In this document: one piece after another, positions 9,090 to 16,674 of the stretch
How the letters are laid out: every line of letters begins with the position of its first letter
How positions within the stretch are numbered: position 1 is the first letter of the stretch
NCBI RefSeq assembly: GCF_000091665.1
Contig: NC_000909.1
Location: 1,606,838 to 1,638,837 of the forward strand
Reading direction: 5' to 3'
Length of the DNA stretch: 32,000 nt
Source: Methanocaldococcus jannaschii DSM 2661
GTDB lineage: Archaea > AGJL01 > Methanococci > Methanococcales > Methanocaldococcaceae
The notes under the pieces: generated by a model
The model's input: the letters and a program-made list of their open reading frames with translations, nothing else
What the model was told of the DNA's origin: nothing
The model's database searches: none
Made by a program: the position numbers and the translations under genes

Positions 9090-10334
9090 ATGTCAAATAA
9101 AACAAAATTAAAGGATAATAAAGAATTGCTCTACCAAGTCGTTCTATCCTACAAAGTTAGCCATAACTACCCACTTAAAGCTTTTTTAATTGAGTGTAAG
9201 AACAAATTAAACGAATGCATAGACATGATTTGGAATAATATCAAATACACTAAAAAAGATAATCCAAAATTACCAAAATCAAACGAATTTAAAAGAGAGT
9301 TAAGAAACAAACTCTTAGAGAACTGGAATTATGCTTCTCACTACATCGATGGGATTATAAAAACCTCCTATTCTATCCTGCAAAGTTGGGCGTCTAACTA
9401 CAAAAGGGGCTATAGAACTAAAACAAAACCGATAGCAAAAAGGCTATTCGTTAGAGTTAAGACAACCCTAATAAAATACGATAAAGAAAAAGGAGAGATA
9501 CGGATAACGATAAAACCAAGAAAGGACTACCTAATTCTAAATATTAAAAATGAGTGGTTTTTTGATAAGGTTAAAAATTTAACCATTGGAGAAATTATTT
9601 TAAAAGAAAAGGAAACATTTTTAACTTTCAAAGATAACCTAAACTATTCAGATAAAGGGATGATCGTTGGAGTGGATAGCAATCTAAGGTCTCTTGACTT
9701 ATTTCATCCGATAGAAGGTTGGACTAGAGTAGATTTAACTGAATTACATCGAATTAAGGAGGTTTATGATAGAAAAATTGATTTTCTTAAAAAATTACTT
9801 AAAAAGTTTCCTTTGAGAGCTATGAGAAAGATAAATAGGTTGTTCGAAAGAAGAAGAAATAGGGTTAAGGATTTCTTACATAAACTAACTATTCAACTAT
9901 CTCGATTATTTCCAGATGCAATTTTTGTTTTTGAGGATTTAAATAAAAGAAGAATGTATAAAAGCAAATACTTCAATAGAAAAATAGATAGAGTAAATTG
10001 GAATGGCCTAATTGAAAAAATAAGTTATAAAACAATTGTTATTTTGGTTAATCCTGCCTACACATCAACAATCTGTCCTATATGCGGGAGTAGAATGGAG
10101 TCCCAAGAAGGACAGGTTGTTTATTGCTCTAATTGTTTAAACTCTTTTAATAGACAGTTAGTTGGTTGCTATAATATTTTTAAAAGAGGTTTAGGGAATA
10201 TTAAAGAGATTATGGGTGGCTCGGGGGTTACCACGACAGGGGTAGAGGTTTCCTTTGGGAAACTGATGACACCCAATCCCAACGTGATTTATATAGTAGA
10301 TTATAACGGAAAATATTTTAATGAAATTGCCTAA
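9090..10334 (+). CDS. tnpB: TnpB / IS605 OrfB-family protein (IS200/IS605-type, tnpB-only element)
   Basis: RuvC-I in MIVGVDSN, RuvC-II in IFVFEDLN, zinc ribbon CPICG-x12-CSNC, then NRQLVGCYNI where the RuvC-III motif is expected. No SD is present; TATAATAT at 9057-9064 would fit a leaderless transcript. Element ends cannot be set from a single copy. Confidence 0.85.
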   Translation: MSNKTKLKDNKELLYQVVLSYKVSHNYPLKAFLIECKNKLNECIDMIWNNIKYTKKDNPKLPKSNEFKRELRNKLLENWNYASHYIDGIIKTSYSILQSWASNYKRGYRTKTKPIAKRLFVRVKTTLIKYDKEKGEIRITIKPRKDYLILNIKNEWFFDKVKNLTIGEIILKEKETFLTFKDNLNYSDKGMIVGVDSNLRSLDLFHPIEGWTRVDLTELHRIKEVYDRKIDFLKKLLKKFPLRAMRKINRLFERRRNRVKDFLHKLTIQLSRLFPDAIFVFEDLNKRRMYKSKYFNRKIDRVNWNGLIEKISYKTIVILVNPAYTSTICPICGSRMESQEGQVVYCSNCLNSFNRQLVGCYNIFKRGLGNIKEIMGGSGVTTTGVEVSFGKLMTPNPNVIYIVDYNGKYFNEIA

Positions 10335-10340
10335 ATATCT
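10211..10340 (+). ncRNA. candidate omega/reRNA scaffold overlapping the tnpB 3' end
   Basis: Local switch to GC-rich sequence inside an AT-rich gene. Hairpin GTTTCC-tttg-GGAAAC (10248-10263) is enclosed by GGGTG (10214-10218)/CACCC (10270-10274). The position matches where TnpB guide RNAs are encoded. Boundaries are approximate. Confidence 0.3.
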
Positions 10341-10397
10341 ATAATTGACCATGTTGGGAGAACCCCATATAAAGCTACATGTTCCATTGGTGATAAG

Positions 10398-11369
10398 ATG
10401 CTGAGTGTAAATAAAAAGGCATTAGAAATTGTAAATAAAATGATAGAAAATAAAGAAGAGATAAATATTGACGTCATAAAATTAGAAAATGGAGCTACTG
10501 TTTTGGACTGTGGAGTTAATGTCCCTGGAAGCTGGAAAGCTGGAAAGTTATTCACAAAGATTTGTTTGGGAGGTTTAGCTCATGTTGGCATCTCCTTATC
10601 ACCATGTGAGTGTAAAGGCATAACCTTACCTTATGTTAAGATAAAGACATCACATCCAGCAATTGCTACATTGGGAGCTCAAAAGGCAGGATGGGCAGTT
10701 AAAGTTGGAAAATACTTTGCTATGGGTTCAGGACCTGCAAGGGCTTTAGCTAAAAAGCCAAAAAAGACCTATGAAGAGATTGGCTATGAAGATGATGCTG
10801 ATGTTGCTGTTTTATGTTTAGAGGCTTCAAAATTGCCAAATGAAGAAGTTGCTGAATATGTAGCTAAAGAATGTGGTGTTGAAGTAGAAAACGTTTATTT
10901 GTTAGTTGCTCCAACTGCTTCATTAGTTGGTTCAATCCAGATTAGTGGAAGAGTCGTTGAGAACGGAACATACAAGATGTTAGAAGTTTTAGAGTTTGAT
11001 GTTAATAAAGTTAAATATGCGGCAGGTTTAGCTCCAATTGCTCCAATAATAGGGGATGATTTCGCAATGATGGGAGCTACAAACGATATGGTATTGTATG
11101 GTGGGATAACCTACTACTACATTAAGAGTGATGAAAACGATGACATTGAAAGCTTATGCAAAGCTCTCCCATCTTGTGCTTCAAAAGATTATGGAAAACC
11201 ATTCATGGAAGTGTTTAAAGCTGCTGATTACGACTTCTACAAGATTGACAAAGGAATGTTTGCTCCAGCTGTGGTTGTAATTAACGATATGACAACTGGA
11301 AAAGTCTATAGAGCTGGAAAGGTCAATGCAGAAGTCCTTAAAAAATCATTAGGCTGGACAGAGTTATAA
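10398..11369 (+). CDS. mch: methenyltetrahydromethanopterin cyclohydrolase
   Basis: 323-aa ORF recognisable as Mch ([17 protein letters not shown]...GSGPARALA...). SD GGTGAT lies 4 nt upstream of the ATG. Confidence 0.92.
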   Translation: MLSVNKKALEIVNKMIENKEEINIDVIKLENGATVLDCGVNVPGSWKAGKLFTKICLGGLAHVGISLSPCECKGITLPYVKIKTSHPAIATLGAQKAGWAVKVGKYFAMGSGPARALAKKPKKTYEEIGYEDDADVAVLCLEASKLPNEEVAEYVAKECGVEVENVYLLVAPTASLVGSIQISGRVVENGTYKMLEVLEFDVNKVKYAAGLAPIAPIIGDDFAMMGATNDMVLYGGITYYYIKSDENDDIESLCKALPSCASKDYGKPFMEVFKAADYDFYKIDKGMFAPAVVVINDMTTGKVYRAGKVNAEVLKKSLGWTEL

Positions 11370-11374
11370 AAAAC

Positions 11375-11388
11375 TTTTTTTAATTTTA
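11375..11388 (+). terminator. oligo-T archaeal terminator candidate after mch
   Basis: A T7 run (11375-11381) followed by AATTTT, 6 nt after the mch stop codon. Confidence 0.4.
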
Positions 11389-11496
11389 ATTATCTAATAT
11401 TTTTGCTATTTTTTAGGTATTAAAATGATTAGAGCTTTTTTAGTTTTCCCATACCTTTATATATTGGTTCAATCAAATGGCTATACTGGTGGTATT

Positions 11497-12846
11497 ATGG
11501 TTCAGTTGAATGACTATATTTTAAACCACATTGCAAAAACTCCTTTAATACTCTCAAGATACAACAAAGAGAAGAAGAGATTTGATTATGATATTTTAAA
11601 AGAAAAGGTTGATAAATACATTGAGAATGATAAAAAGGAGTTAATCCTCTTGTATGGACTTAGAGGCTTGGGAAAAACTACACTTTTATCTCAAATCTAT
11701 CACTATGCAAGATTAAAGATAGAGCCTAATAGAGTTTTATACTTTTCAATGGATGAGTTAAAACTTAACGACATCAAATTAATGGATGCTTTAAAAGCTT
11801 ATTCAGAAATCTTTGGTATCAATCTATACGAAGAGAAGATAATCCTATTGCTTGATGAAATTCAGTATGAAAGGCATTGGGATTTGGTTTTAAAAAACCT
11901 CTATGACACCACCAATATTTTTATAATAGCTACTGGTTCATCTGCTTTAAAGCTTAGAGAAAGTCCAGATTTGGCAAGGAGGGCATTGCATAAACCTATT
12001 TATCCAATGACTTTTAGAGAATATTTATATTTAACAAAAAATATCAAGATTGAAAGCCTATTTGAAGAGGTAATTTTAAATAACAACTTAGACAACTTCA
12101 AAAAAGTGTATGCCAAAGTTTATTCCCAAATCTTAGAGGAAGATGTTAAAAAATATTTAAGGATTGGTTCTTTACCCTTTGCTTTGGAAGATGATGAATT
12201 GGAAGTTTATAATAAAATCTATACAATGTTAGAGAGGATTATTTATAAGGATGTTAGAGAAGTGAAAGAATTTGACATGGAAACGTTAGATAAAGCCTTT
12301 AAATTGCTATATCTATTAGCCAATCCAAAGGGAGAGAGATACAGCTATGAAAGTTTAGCAAATACCCTTGAAATCGCAAAAGGAACTTTGATAAATTTAG
12401 TTGATGTCTTAGAAAAGTGTGAATTGTTATTTAAAATCTATCCTTATGGTTCAATGGACAAAAAGGTTAGAAAATCCCAAAAGATAAAATTCCTCCCAGT
12501 TCCTATAAAGACAGCATTATGGCATAAAATGGGAGTTGTGATAGATGATGTTTGTTATGGCTCTTTATTAGAAGATGTTGTAGCGTTTTATCTATACTTA
12601 TTTTGTAAAAAGAAAGGATATAGCCTAAGTTATGAACCAAAAAAAGGAGGAGCTGATTTTATTTTAATCTCTCCATATATGGAGAAGATTGTTATCGAGG
12701 TTGGCTTAGGCAAAAAATCATCAAAACAAGTTTTAAAGAGTATGGAGAGGGTTAAAGCTTCTAAGGGCATAATTATCGGTGATGAGTTAAAAGTTGAAGG
12801 TAACATCTTATATATTCCCTGGAAGGGTTTTTTATTGCTGATTTAA
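11497..12846 (+). CDS. AAA+ ATPase of the COG1373 / DUF4143 type
   Basis: Walker A in LYGLRGLGKTT, Walker B in ILLLDEIQ. The C-terminal GGADFILIS...IVIEVGLGKK resembles the nuclease-like tail of this family. I prefer ATG 11497 (GGTGG upstream) to the 11425 extension, which is hydrophobic junk. Confidence 0.75.
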   Translation: MVQLNDYILNHIAKTPLILSRYNKEKKRFDYDILKEKVDKYIENDKKELILLYGLRGLGKTTLLSQIYHYARLKIEPNRVLYFSMDELKLNDIKLMDALKAYSEIFGINLYEEKIILLLDEIQYERHWDLVLKNLYDTTNIFIIATGSSALKLRESPDLARRALHKPIYPMTFREYLYLTKNIKIESLFEEVILNNNLDNFKKVYAKVYSQILEEDVKKYLRIGSLPFALEDDELEVYNKIYTMLERIIYKDVREVKEFDMETLDKAFKLLYLLANPKGERYSYESLANTLEIAKGTLINLVDVLEKCELLFKIYPYGSMDKKVRKSQKIKFLPVPIKTALWHKMGVVIDDVCYGSLLEDVVAFYLYLFCKKKGYSLSYEPKKGGADFILISPYMEKIVIEVGLGKKSSKQVLKSMERVKASKGIIIGDELKVEGNILYIPWKGFLLLI

Positions 12847-13614
12847 AATCTCAACTATATTTTTGAATCCTTCTTCTTCATTAACTACCCTTCCCCTAAC
12901 TTCCCTCAAAATCCTTTGAATTGTAAATTTATATCCCTTATTATGTTTATGGTAAATTTTTAACAATGGGCAGCCATAACTCATTTTTAGCTCAATGCCA
13001 TTGTTTTTTAATATCTCCCTCTCTTCATCCTTTGTTAGGGCAAAAAAAGAAGGTAGATTAAATCTAAAAATCTCATCCTCCCTATATAAAGCTAAATATC
13101 CAAAAGCTAATAAATCACCAAATATAACAAACTCAGCATCTATTTTTTTGGCATAATCTATAACTGCATTTTCGATAACTTTATGGCATCTACCGCAGGG
13201 ATGAAATTTACCATTAACAACTCCTTTATAAACTTCCTCTAAATCAATACTCACAAATTCTAAACTTATTCCAATCTTCTTAGCTATGTTTTTGGCATTT
13301 TCTCTCATCTCATCTGTCATTATATATTTTGAATAGCAAGAAACTGCCTTAACATCAAAAATCTGCTTTGCTATTATTGCAGATGTAGAGCTATCAACTC
13401 CTCCACTAAATGCAACAACTGCCTTTGGCTTTTTATCAATGGAAATTTTATAAAACTCTTTCTCTCCATTTAATCTCTTTAAAAGCGTGGATTTTAAAGC
13501 TTCTTTAAGCTCTGTATTAATATCTAATTTCTCTAAAATTTCTAAGGAGTTTTTTAGCCTCAATTCTTTGAGTTTTTGATTTACTTTTTCCTCTATAATT
13601 TTTTCAAAATTCAT
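12832..13614 (-). CDS. PP-loop (adenine nucleotide alpha-hydrolase) superfamily ATPase, function unassigned
   Basis: PP-loop motif VAFSGGVDSS; also HPCGRCHK. Its 3' end overlaps the convergent ATPase gene by 15 nt. Confidence 0.75.
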   Translation of the reverse strand: MNFEKIIEEKVNQKLKELRLKNSLEILEKLDINTELKEALKSTLLKRLNGEKEFYKISIDKKPKAVVAFSGGVDSSTSAIIAKQIFDVKAVSCYSKYIMTDEMRENAKNIAKKIGISLEFVSIDLEEVYKGVVNGKFHPCGRCHKVIENAVIDYAKKIDAEFVIFGDLLAFGYLALYREDEIFRFNLPSFFALTKDEEREILKNNGIELKMSYGCPLLKIYHKHNKGYKFTIQRILREVRGRVVNEEEGFKNIVEILNQQ

Positions 13615-13731
13615 AACTTAACCCTCAAAAATTGTTATATGTAATTACGTAAGTTTAATATATTTCTTCTTTTTTGATTATACTAATATGTCAATATATA
13701 ATACTAATGACTATATTAAAGAGGTGGGATT

Positions 13732-14196
13732 GTGTATTTTGTTATTAAGGGAGACAGTATTATGTATTTTGTTTTACGCTTGGGTGGGGATTTGTCTCTA
13801 TATATACCAGCAAAATACAGACCTTTCTTTGAACCATTAGACAAGAATTCTCCATATAATATTAAAGTAAATCTTGAAAATTCCAGTGGAGATATAGTAG
13901 TAGATAATGTGTTGGATGACAAAAAAATAGATGAAAGAAATTCTGAAATTACAAAATTAGGAGGCTTAATTAATGAATTACGAAGAAAGAAGGAAAATGG
14001 AGATAACATTAATATTATTGAAATAAGACTTAAACTAAAAGATGATTCTATCATAACTCATAATCTAAATACACCAAATATTGAAGATTATGATGATAAC
14101 AAGTTAGTCATAAACAGTGGAACTCTGGTTATAAATGGTAAAACAACTATAGATTTAAATAATATTGAGGAAATAACTTTGAAATTAGATATTTAA
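13732..14196 (+). CDS. hypothetical protein (about 144-154 aa), no recognisable family
   Basis: GTG 13732 is preceded by GAGGTGG (13721-13727); an alternative ATG is at 13762. The K/N/D/E/I-rich composition is typical of real genes in this genome. The antisense ORF is S/F/L-rich. Confidence 0.5.
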   Translation: MYFVIKGDSIMYFVLRLGGDLSLYIPAKYRPFFEPLDKNSPYNIKVNLENSSGDIVVDNVLDDKKIDERNSEITKLGGLINELRRKKENGDNINIIEIRLKLKDDSIITHNLNTPNIEDYDDNKLVINSGTLVINGKTTIDLNNIEEITLKLDI

Positions 14197-14210
14197 CAAT
14201 TAACAACATA

Positions 14211-14828
14211 TTAAATCTCACATATTCTTTTCTTATCTAAAACATTGTGTATTATAGTAATACAATGATTTGCATGCAATTCTAATGGAGATAGGGAGAT
14301 TCTTTTAGCTTTAATCTCATCTAAAAACCTTTCATCCTCCTCTCCAATACCAATATGGTCTCCAATTATAAAAACTGGATTTTCTATATCAACGTTCTCA
14401 ACATCTTCTCCATTCATATGTAAATAATAAATATTCTTTCCTTCTTCCAACTTTTCCAAAACTAAATTCCTAAATCCCAATCTTCTAACGTAAATTCCAG
14501 GAGTTGATTGATTCCAATCCTTTCTTTGCTCTTCATCAAGTTCTTCAAATTTTTTAAGGGCTTTTTTTATAAATATTGCTATATTCCTTTCATCTGGAGA
14601 AACCTTTTTTAACTCACTACCAACAAATTTTATGCAAACAGGAGGATTTGGCTGTCCATAAAGAACAGCATAGAAAACAACGTCCCTCCTTATATCATGG
14701 GATAAAAAGAAAGCGTCACTCACACATCTGCATAACAAATCCAACCTTCCACAACTCCCAGGTAAATCCTTTAAATTTATATCTGAGGAGGTTATGGTTT
14801 TATTTGCTTTGAATATAAATTCTCTCAT
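14211..14828 (-). CDS. trmY: tRNA (pseudouridine54-N1)-methyltransferase, SPOUT/DUF358
   Basis: The 205-aa sequence [35 protein letters not shown]... matches what I recall for M. jannaschii TrmY. SD GGAGGG is upstream. Confidence 0.88.
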   Translation of the reverse strand: MREFIFKANKTITSSDINLKDLPGSCGRLDLLCRCVSDAFFLSHDIRRDVVFYAVLYGQPNPPVCIKFVGSELKKVSPDERNIAIFIKKALKKFEELDEEQRKDWNQSTPGIYVRRLGFRNLVLEKLEEGKNIYYLHMNGEDVENVDIENPVFIIGDHIGIGEEDERFLDEIKAKRISLSPLELHANHCITIIHNVLDKKRICEI

Positions 14829-14839
14829 AACATCCCTCC

Positions 14840-14956
14840 GAAACTTTAATAAAGTTTAACAAATCCTAACGGATTTGTAGCTGGAAAGCAAAGCTTTCCA
14901 TTTCATCAAAGCTAACACCTCTTCGCTTATGCTCAGAGGTGTAAATTAAAAATTCC
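14840..14956. repeat. GC-rich multi-hairpin intergenic element (copy A; MJRE-like)
   Basis: Four consecutive hairpins: AAACTTT-aat-AAAGTTT (14841-14857), AAATCC-taac-GGATTT (14861-14876), GGAAAGC-aaa-GCTTTCC (14883-14899) and ACACCTCT-tcgcttatgctc-AGAGGTGT (14915-14942). It is flanked by an imperfect direct repeat, 14822-14839 / 14955-14972. Confidence 0.7.
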
Positions 14957-14957
14957 C

Positions 14958-15821
14958 TTATAACATTCCCCTTTTCAACCTCTCAGGAATTGGATTTCTT
15001 GGTATGTTGTGATATAACTCTAACGCAATATCTACAATATTCACACATCTATCTCCAAATCTCTCAATGTCCTTTAAAAACATACCAAACTGAACATAGA
15101 AGTTTAAATCCTCCCTCTTATTTTCTAAAACTTTGTTTAGCAATAACTCAAGGTTTTTATGCAACTTTTCCTCAAGCTCATGAATTTTTGTCTCCTTTTT
15201 CTTACTTTTAACAACGTCTATAGCTTCAGTTAGCATCTCTTTGAGAAGGGTGAATATCATATTAACTTCATTTTCAATGTCTTTATCTAATTTAAGTCCA
15301 TGAACTACTTCTTCAGCAATGTTTGCTATATAATCCCCCAACCTCTCAAGATTTGATGCTATTGTAGCCAAAGCATTGGCATAAGCTCCAGGCAAATATT
15401 TTAAAGCATTCATACTTAAGAGTATCCTAACCTCTTCCTCCATCTTATTCAGTGCATAGTCTTTAATGATTATATCCTCAGCCAATTTCTTATCACTATT
15501 TTTTAAAGCCGTATAAACCAAATCCAAGTTATTTAAAAGTGTTTTTTCCATTTTTTCTAAGGTAGTTTTTATTTCTTTCATTAAGATATATTCGTCAAAC
15601 TCTAAATTTATCTTATGCAATTTACTCATATCTACAATATATGGATGCCTAACGATTTTTTCATCAATCAATGGCTTTAAAAGCTTAGCAACATACCTCC
15701 TACTTATTCCAAGCTTTTCAGCAATTTCATCTTGTGTCTCTGGCTCTTCTTCAATGATGACCCTTATTATCCCAGCTAAGGTAGCTTCTTTACCTCTCAA
15801 CATATTATCCCATAAATTCAT
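14958..15821 (-). CDS. winged-HTH + tandem PhoU-domain phosphate-uptake regulator homologue
   Basis: N-terminal HTH EEPETQDEIAEKLGISRRYVAKLLKPL. Two PhoU repeats with ERLGDYIANIAEE and ERFGDRCVNIVDIA. Confidence 0.85.
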   Translation of the reverse strand: MNLWDNMLRGKEATLAGIIRVIIEEEPETQDEIAEKLGISRRYVAKLLKPLIDEKIVRHPYIVDMSKLHKINLEFDEYILMKEIKTTLEKMEKTLLNNLDLVYTALKNSDKKLAEDIIIKDYALNKMEEEVRILLSMNALKYLPGAYANALATIASNLERLGDYIANIAEEVVHGLKLDKDIENEVNMIFTLLKEMLTEAIDVVKSKKKETKIHELEEKLHKNLELLLNKVLENKREDLNFYVQFGMFLKDIERFGDRCVNIVDIALELYHNIPRNPIPERLKRGML

Positions 15822-15893
15822 ATTTTATGAATTATTATACTTAAGCTTCATATAAATAGTTTAAGTATATATTTTATAAACTCACCATTAGTT

Positions 15894-16001
15894 GTTGCTA
15901 AGGAAGCTCCAAGCTTTAGCTCGGAGAGGATTCAGATGAAATCCTTCGAATTTCATTAACTCTCCTTGCTACGCTCGAAGATAGGGAGGCGGCGAGACAA
16001 A
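15894..16001. repeat. GC-rich multi-hairpin intergenic element (copy B; MJRE-like)
   Basis: CTCCAAGC-ttta-GCTCGGAG (15907-15926). ATGAAAT-ccttcga-ATTTCAT (15936-15956) is nested between GGAGAG (15923-15928) and CTCTCC (15960-15965). An 8-nt direct repeat CATTAGTT is at 15886-15893 and 16002-16009. The 5' module is homologous to 16124-16157. Confidence 0.6.
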
Positions 16002-16040
16002 CATTAGTTTTATATACTTGAAATTAGTATAATGCTTTAT

Positions 16041-16185
16041 TGAGGGTAGCTCTGACTCTGCCCGATGACACCAACCTGCCCTGTGACCTATCGGCGACGA
16101 TAAGTAGCAGGGTGTTCCGTGTTGGAACCTCCACCCTTTAGGTGGAGAGAAGATCAGTTAAAATTCCTAAATACTCCCGTAGTGG
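16041..16185. repeat. GC-rich structured region (copy C; composite MJRE-like element or small ncRNA)
   Basis: Hairpins GGGTAG-ctctgact-CTGCCC (16044-16063); CCCTG...CAGGG (16079-16112) enclosing TATCG-gcga-CGATA (16089-16102, GNRA loop); GTTCC-gtgtt-GGAAC (16114-16128); CTCCACC-cttta-GGTGGAG (16129-16147). Clearly GC-richer by eye than the AT-rich flanks. Confidence 0.55.
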
Positions 16186-16188
16186 AGA

Positions 16189-16674
16189 ATGGAAGAACTT
16201 GGGAGAAATGTAGATGTGTCTATTTTTAGAATTTTAAGATTTATGAATTTGAGGAAATATATTGGTATTGACAATGAAATGTTAATGTATTATTTTGGTA
16301 AAGAACTTAGTAAAAATCTGAATTTTAAGAATTTTAAAGAATTAAGTAACTTCTATAAAGAGTATAAACTTGGAAGAATTGAAATGGTTAGTGAAAATCC
16401 TATAAAGATTAGAATATATGATTGTATAAGCTGTTCTGGATTGCCAGATGTTGGAAAGCCCTTATGTCATTTTGAGGCAGGGTTTTTGGCAGGTTACATA
16501 GAAAATGTATTTAATAAAAAGTGTTACATAATAGAAACTCATTGCTGGGGATTGGGAAATAAATTCTGCCAATTTGAAGTTAGATTAGTTGATAATAAAA
16601 AAAGTGAAAATTGTTTTGCATCATCTGGTGATTGTAATGGTTACTTTGGAAAAAATAGAACTAAAAAACTTTAA
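16189..16674 (+). CDS. V4R-domain protein
   Basis: The C-terminal pattern DCISCSGLPDVGKPLCHFEAGFLAGYIENVF...ETHCWGLGNKFCQFEV matches the conserved Cys/Gly pattern of V4R (4-vinyl reductase) domains. Its end overlaps the smc start by 38 nt. Confidence 0.7.
   Translation: MEELGRNVDVSIFRILRFMNLRKYIGIDNEMLMYYFGKELSKNLNFKNFKELSNFYKEYKLGRIEMVSENPIKIRIYDCISCSGLPDVGKPLCHFEAGFLAGYIENVFNKKCYIIETHCWGLGNKFCQFEVRLVDNKKSENCFASSGDCNGYFGKNRTKKL

Noticed and set aside
10331-10555. 74-aa minus-strand ORF across the tnpB/mch junction.
   Set aside because: It is antisense to the well-supported mch start, has a low-complexity translation, and has no start context.
11425-11496. 24-codon extension of the ATPase ORF (MIRAFLVFPYLYILVQSNGYTGGI).
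   Set aside because: It is a hydrophobic, non-conserved-looking leader. The internal ATG 11497 has a GGTGG motif upstream.
13716-14054. 112-aa minus-strand ORF opposite the 13732-14196 ORF.
   Set aside because: Its S/F/L/I-rich composition is typical of the antisense of AT-rich coding sequence. The plus-strand ORF has a GAGGTGG SD.
16041-16185. Whether the GC-rich island is a tRNA, SRP RNA, RNase P RNA or a C/D-box sRNA.
   Set aside because: There is no cloverleaf or T-loop GTTCRAATC. It is far less GC-rich and shorter than the SRP/RNase P RNAs of this genus as I remember them. No RUGAUGA/CUGA box pairs occur on either strand. It also shares modules with the repeat family, so I report it as a repeat or candidate ncRNA instead.
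16589-16636. 16-codon N-terminal extension of smc (MIIKKVKIVLHHLVIV).
   Set aside because: SMC proteins begin a few residues before the conserved IELKNFKSF strand. ATG 16637 gives that canonical N-terminus.
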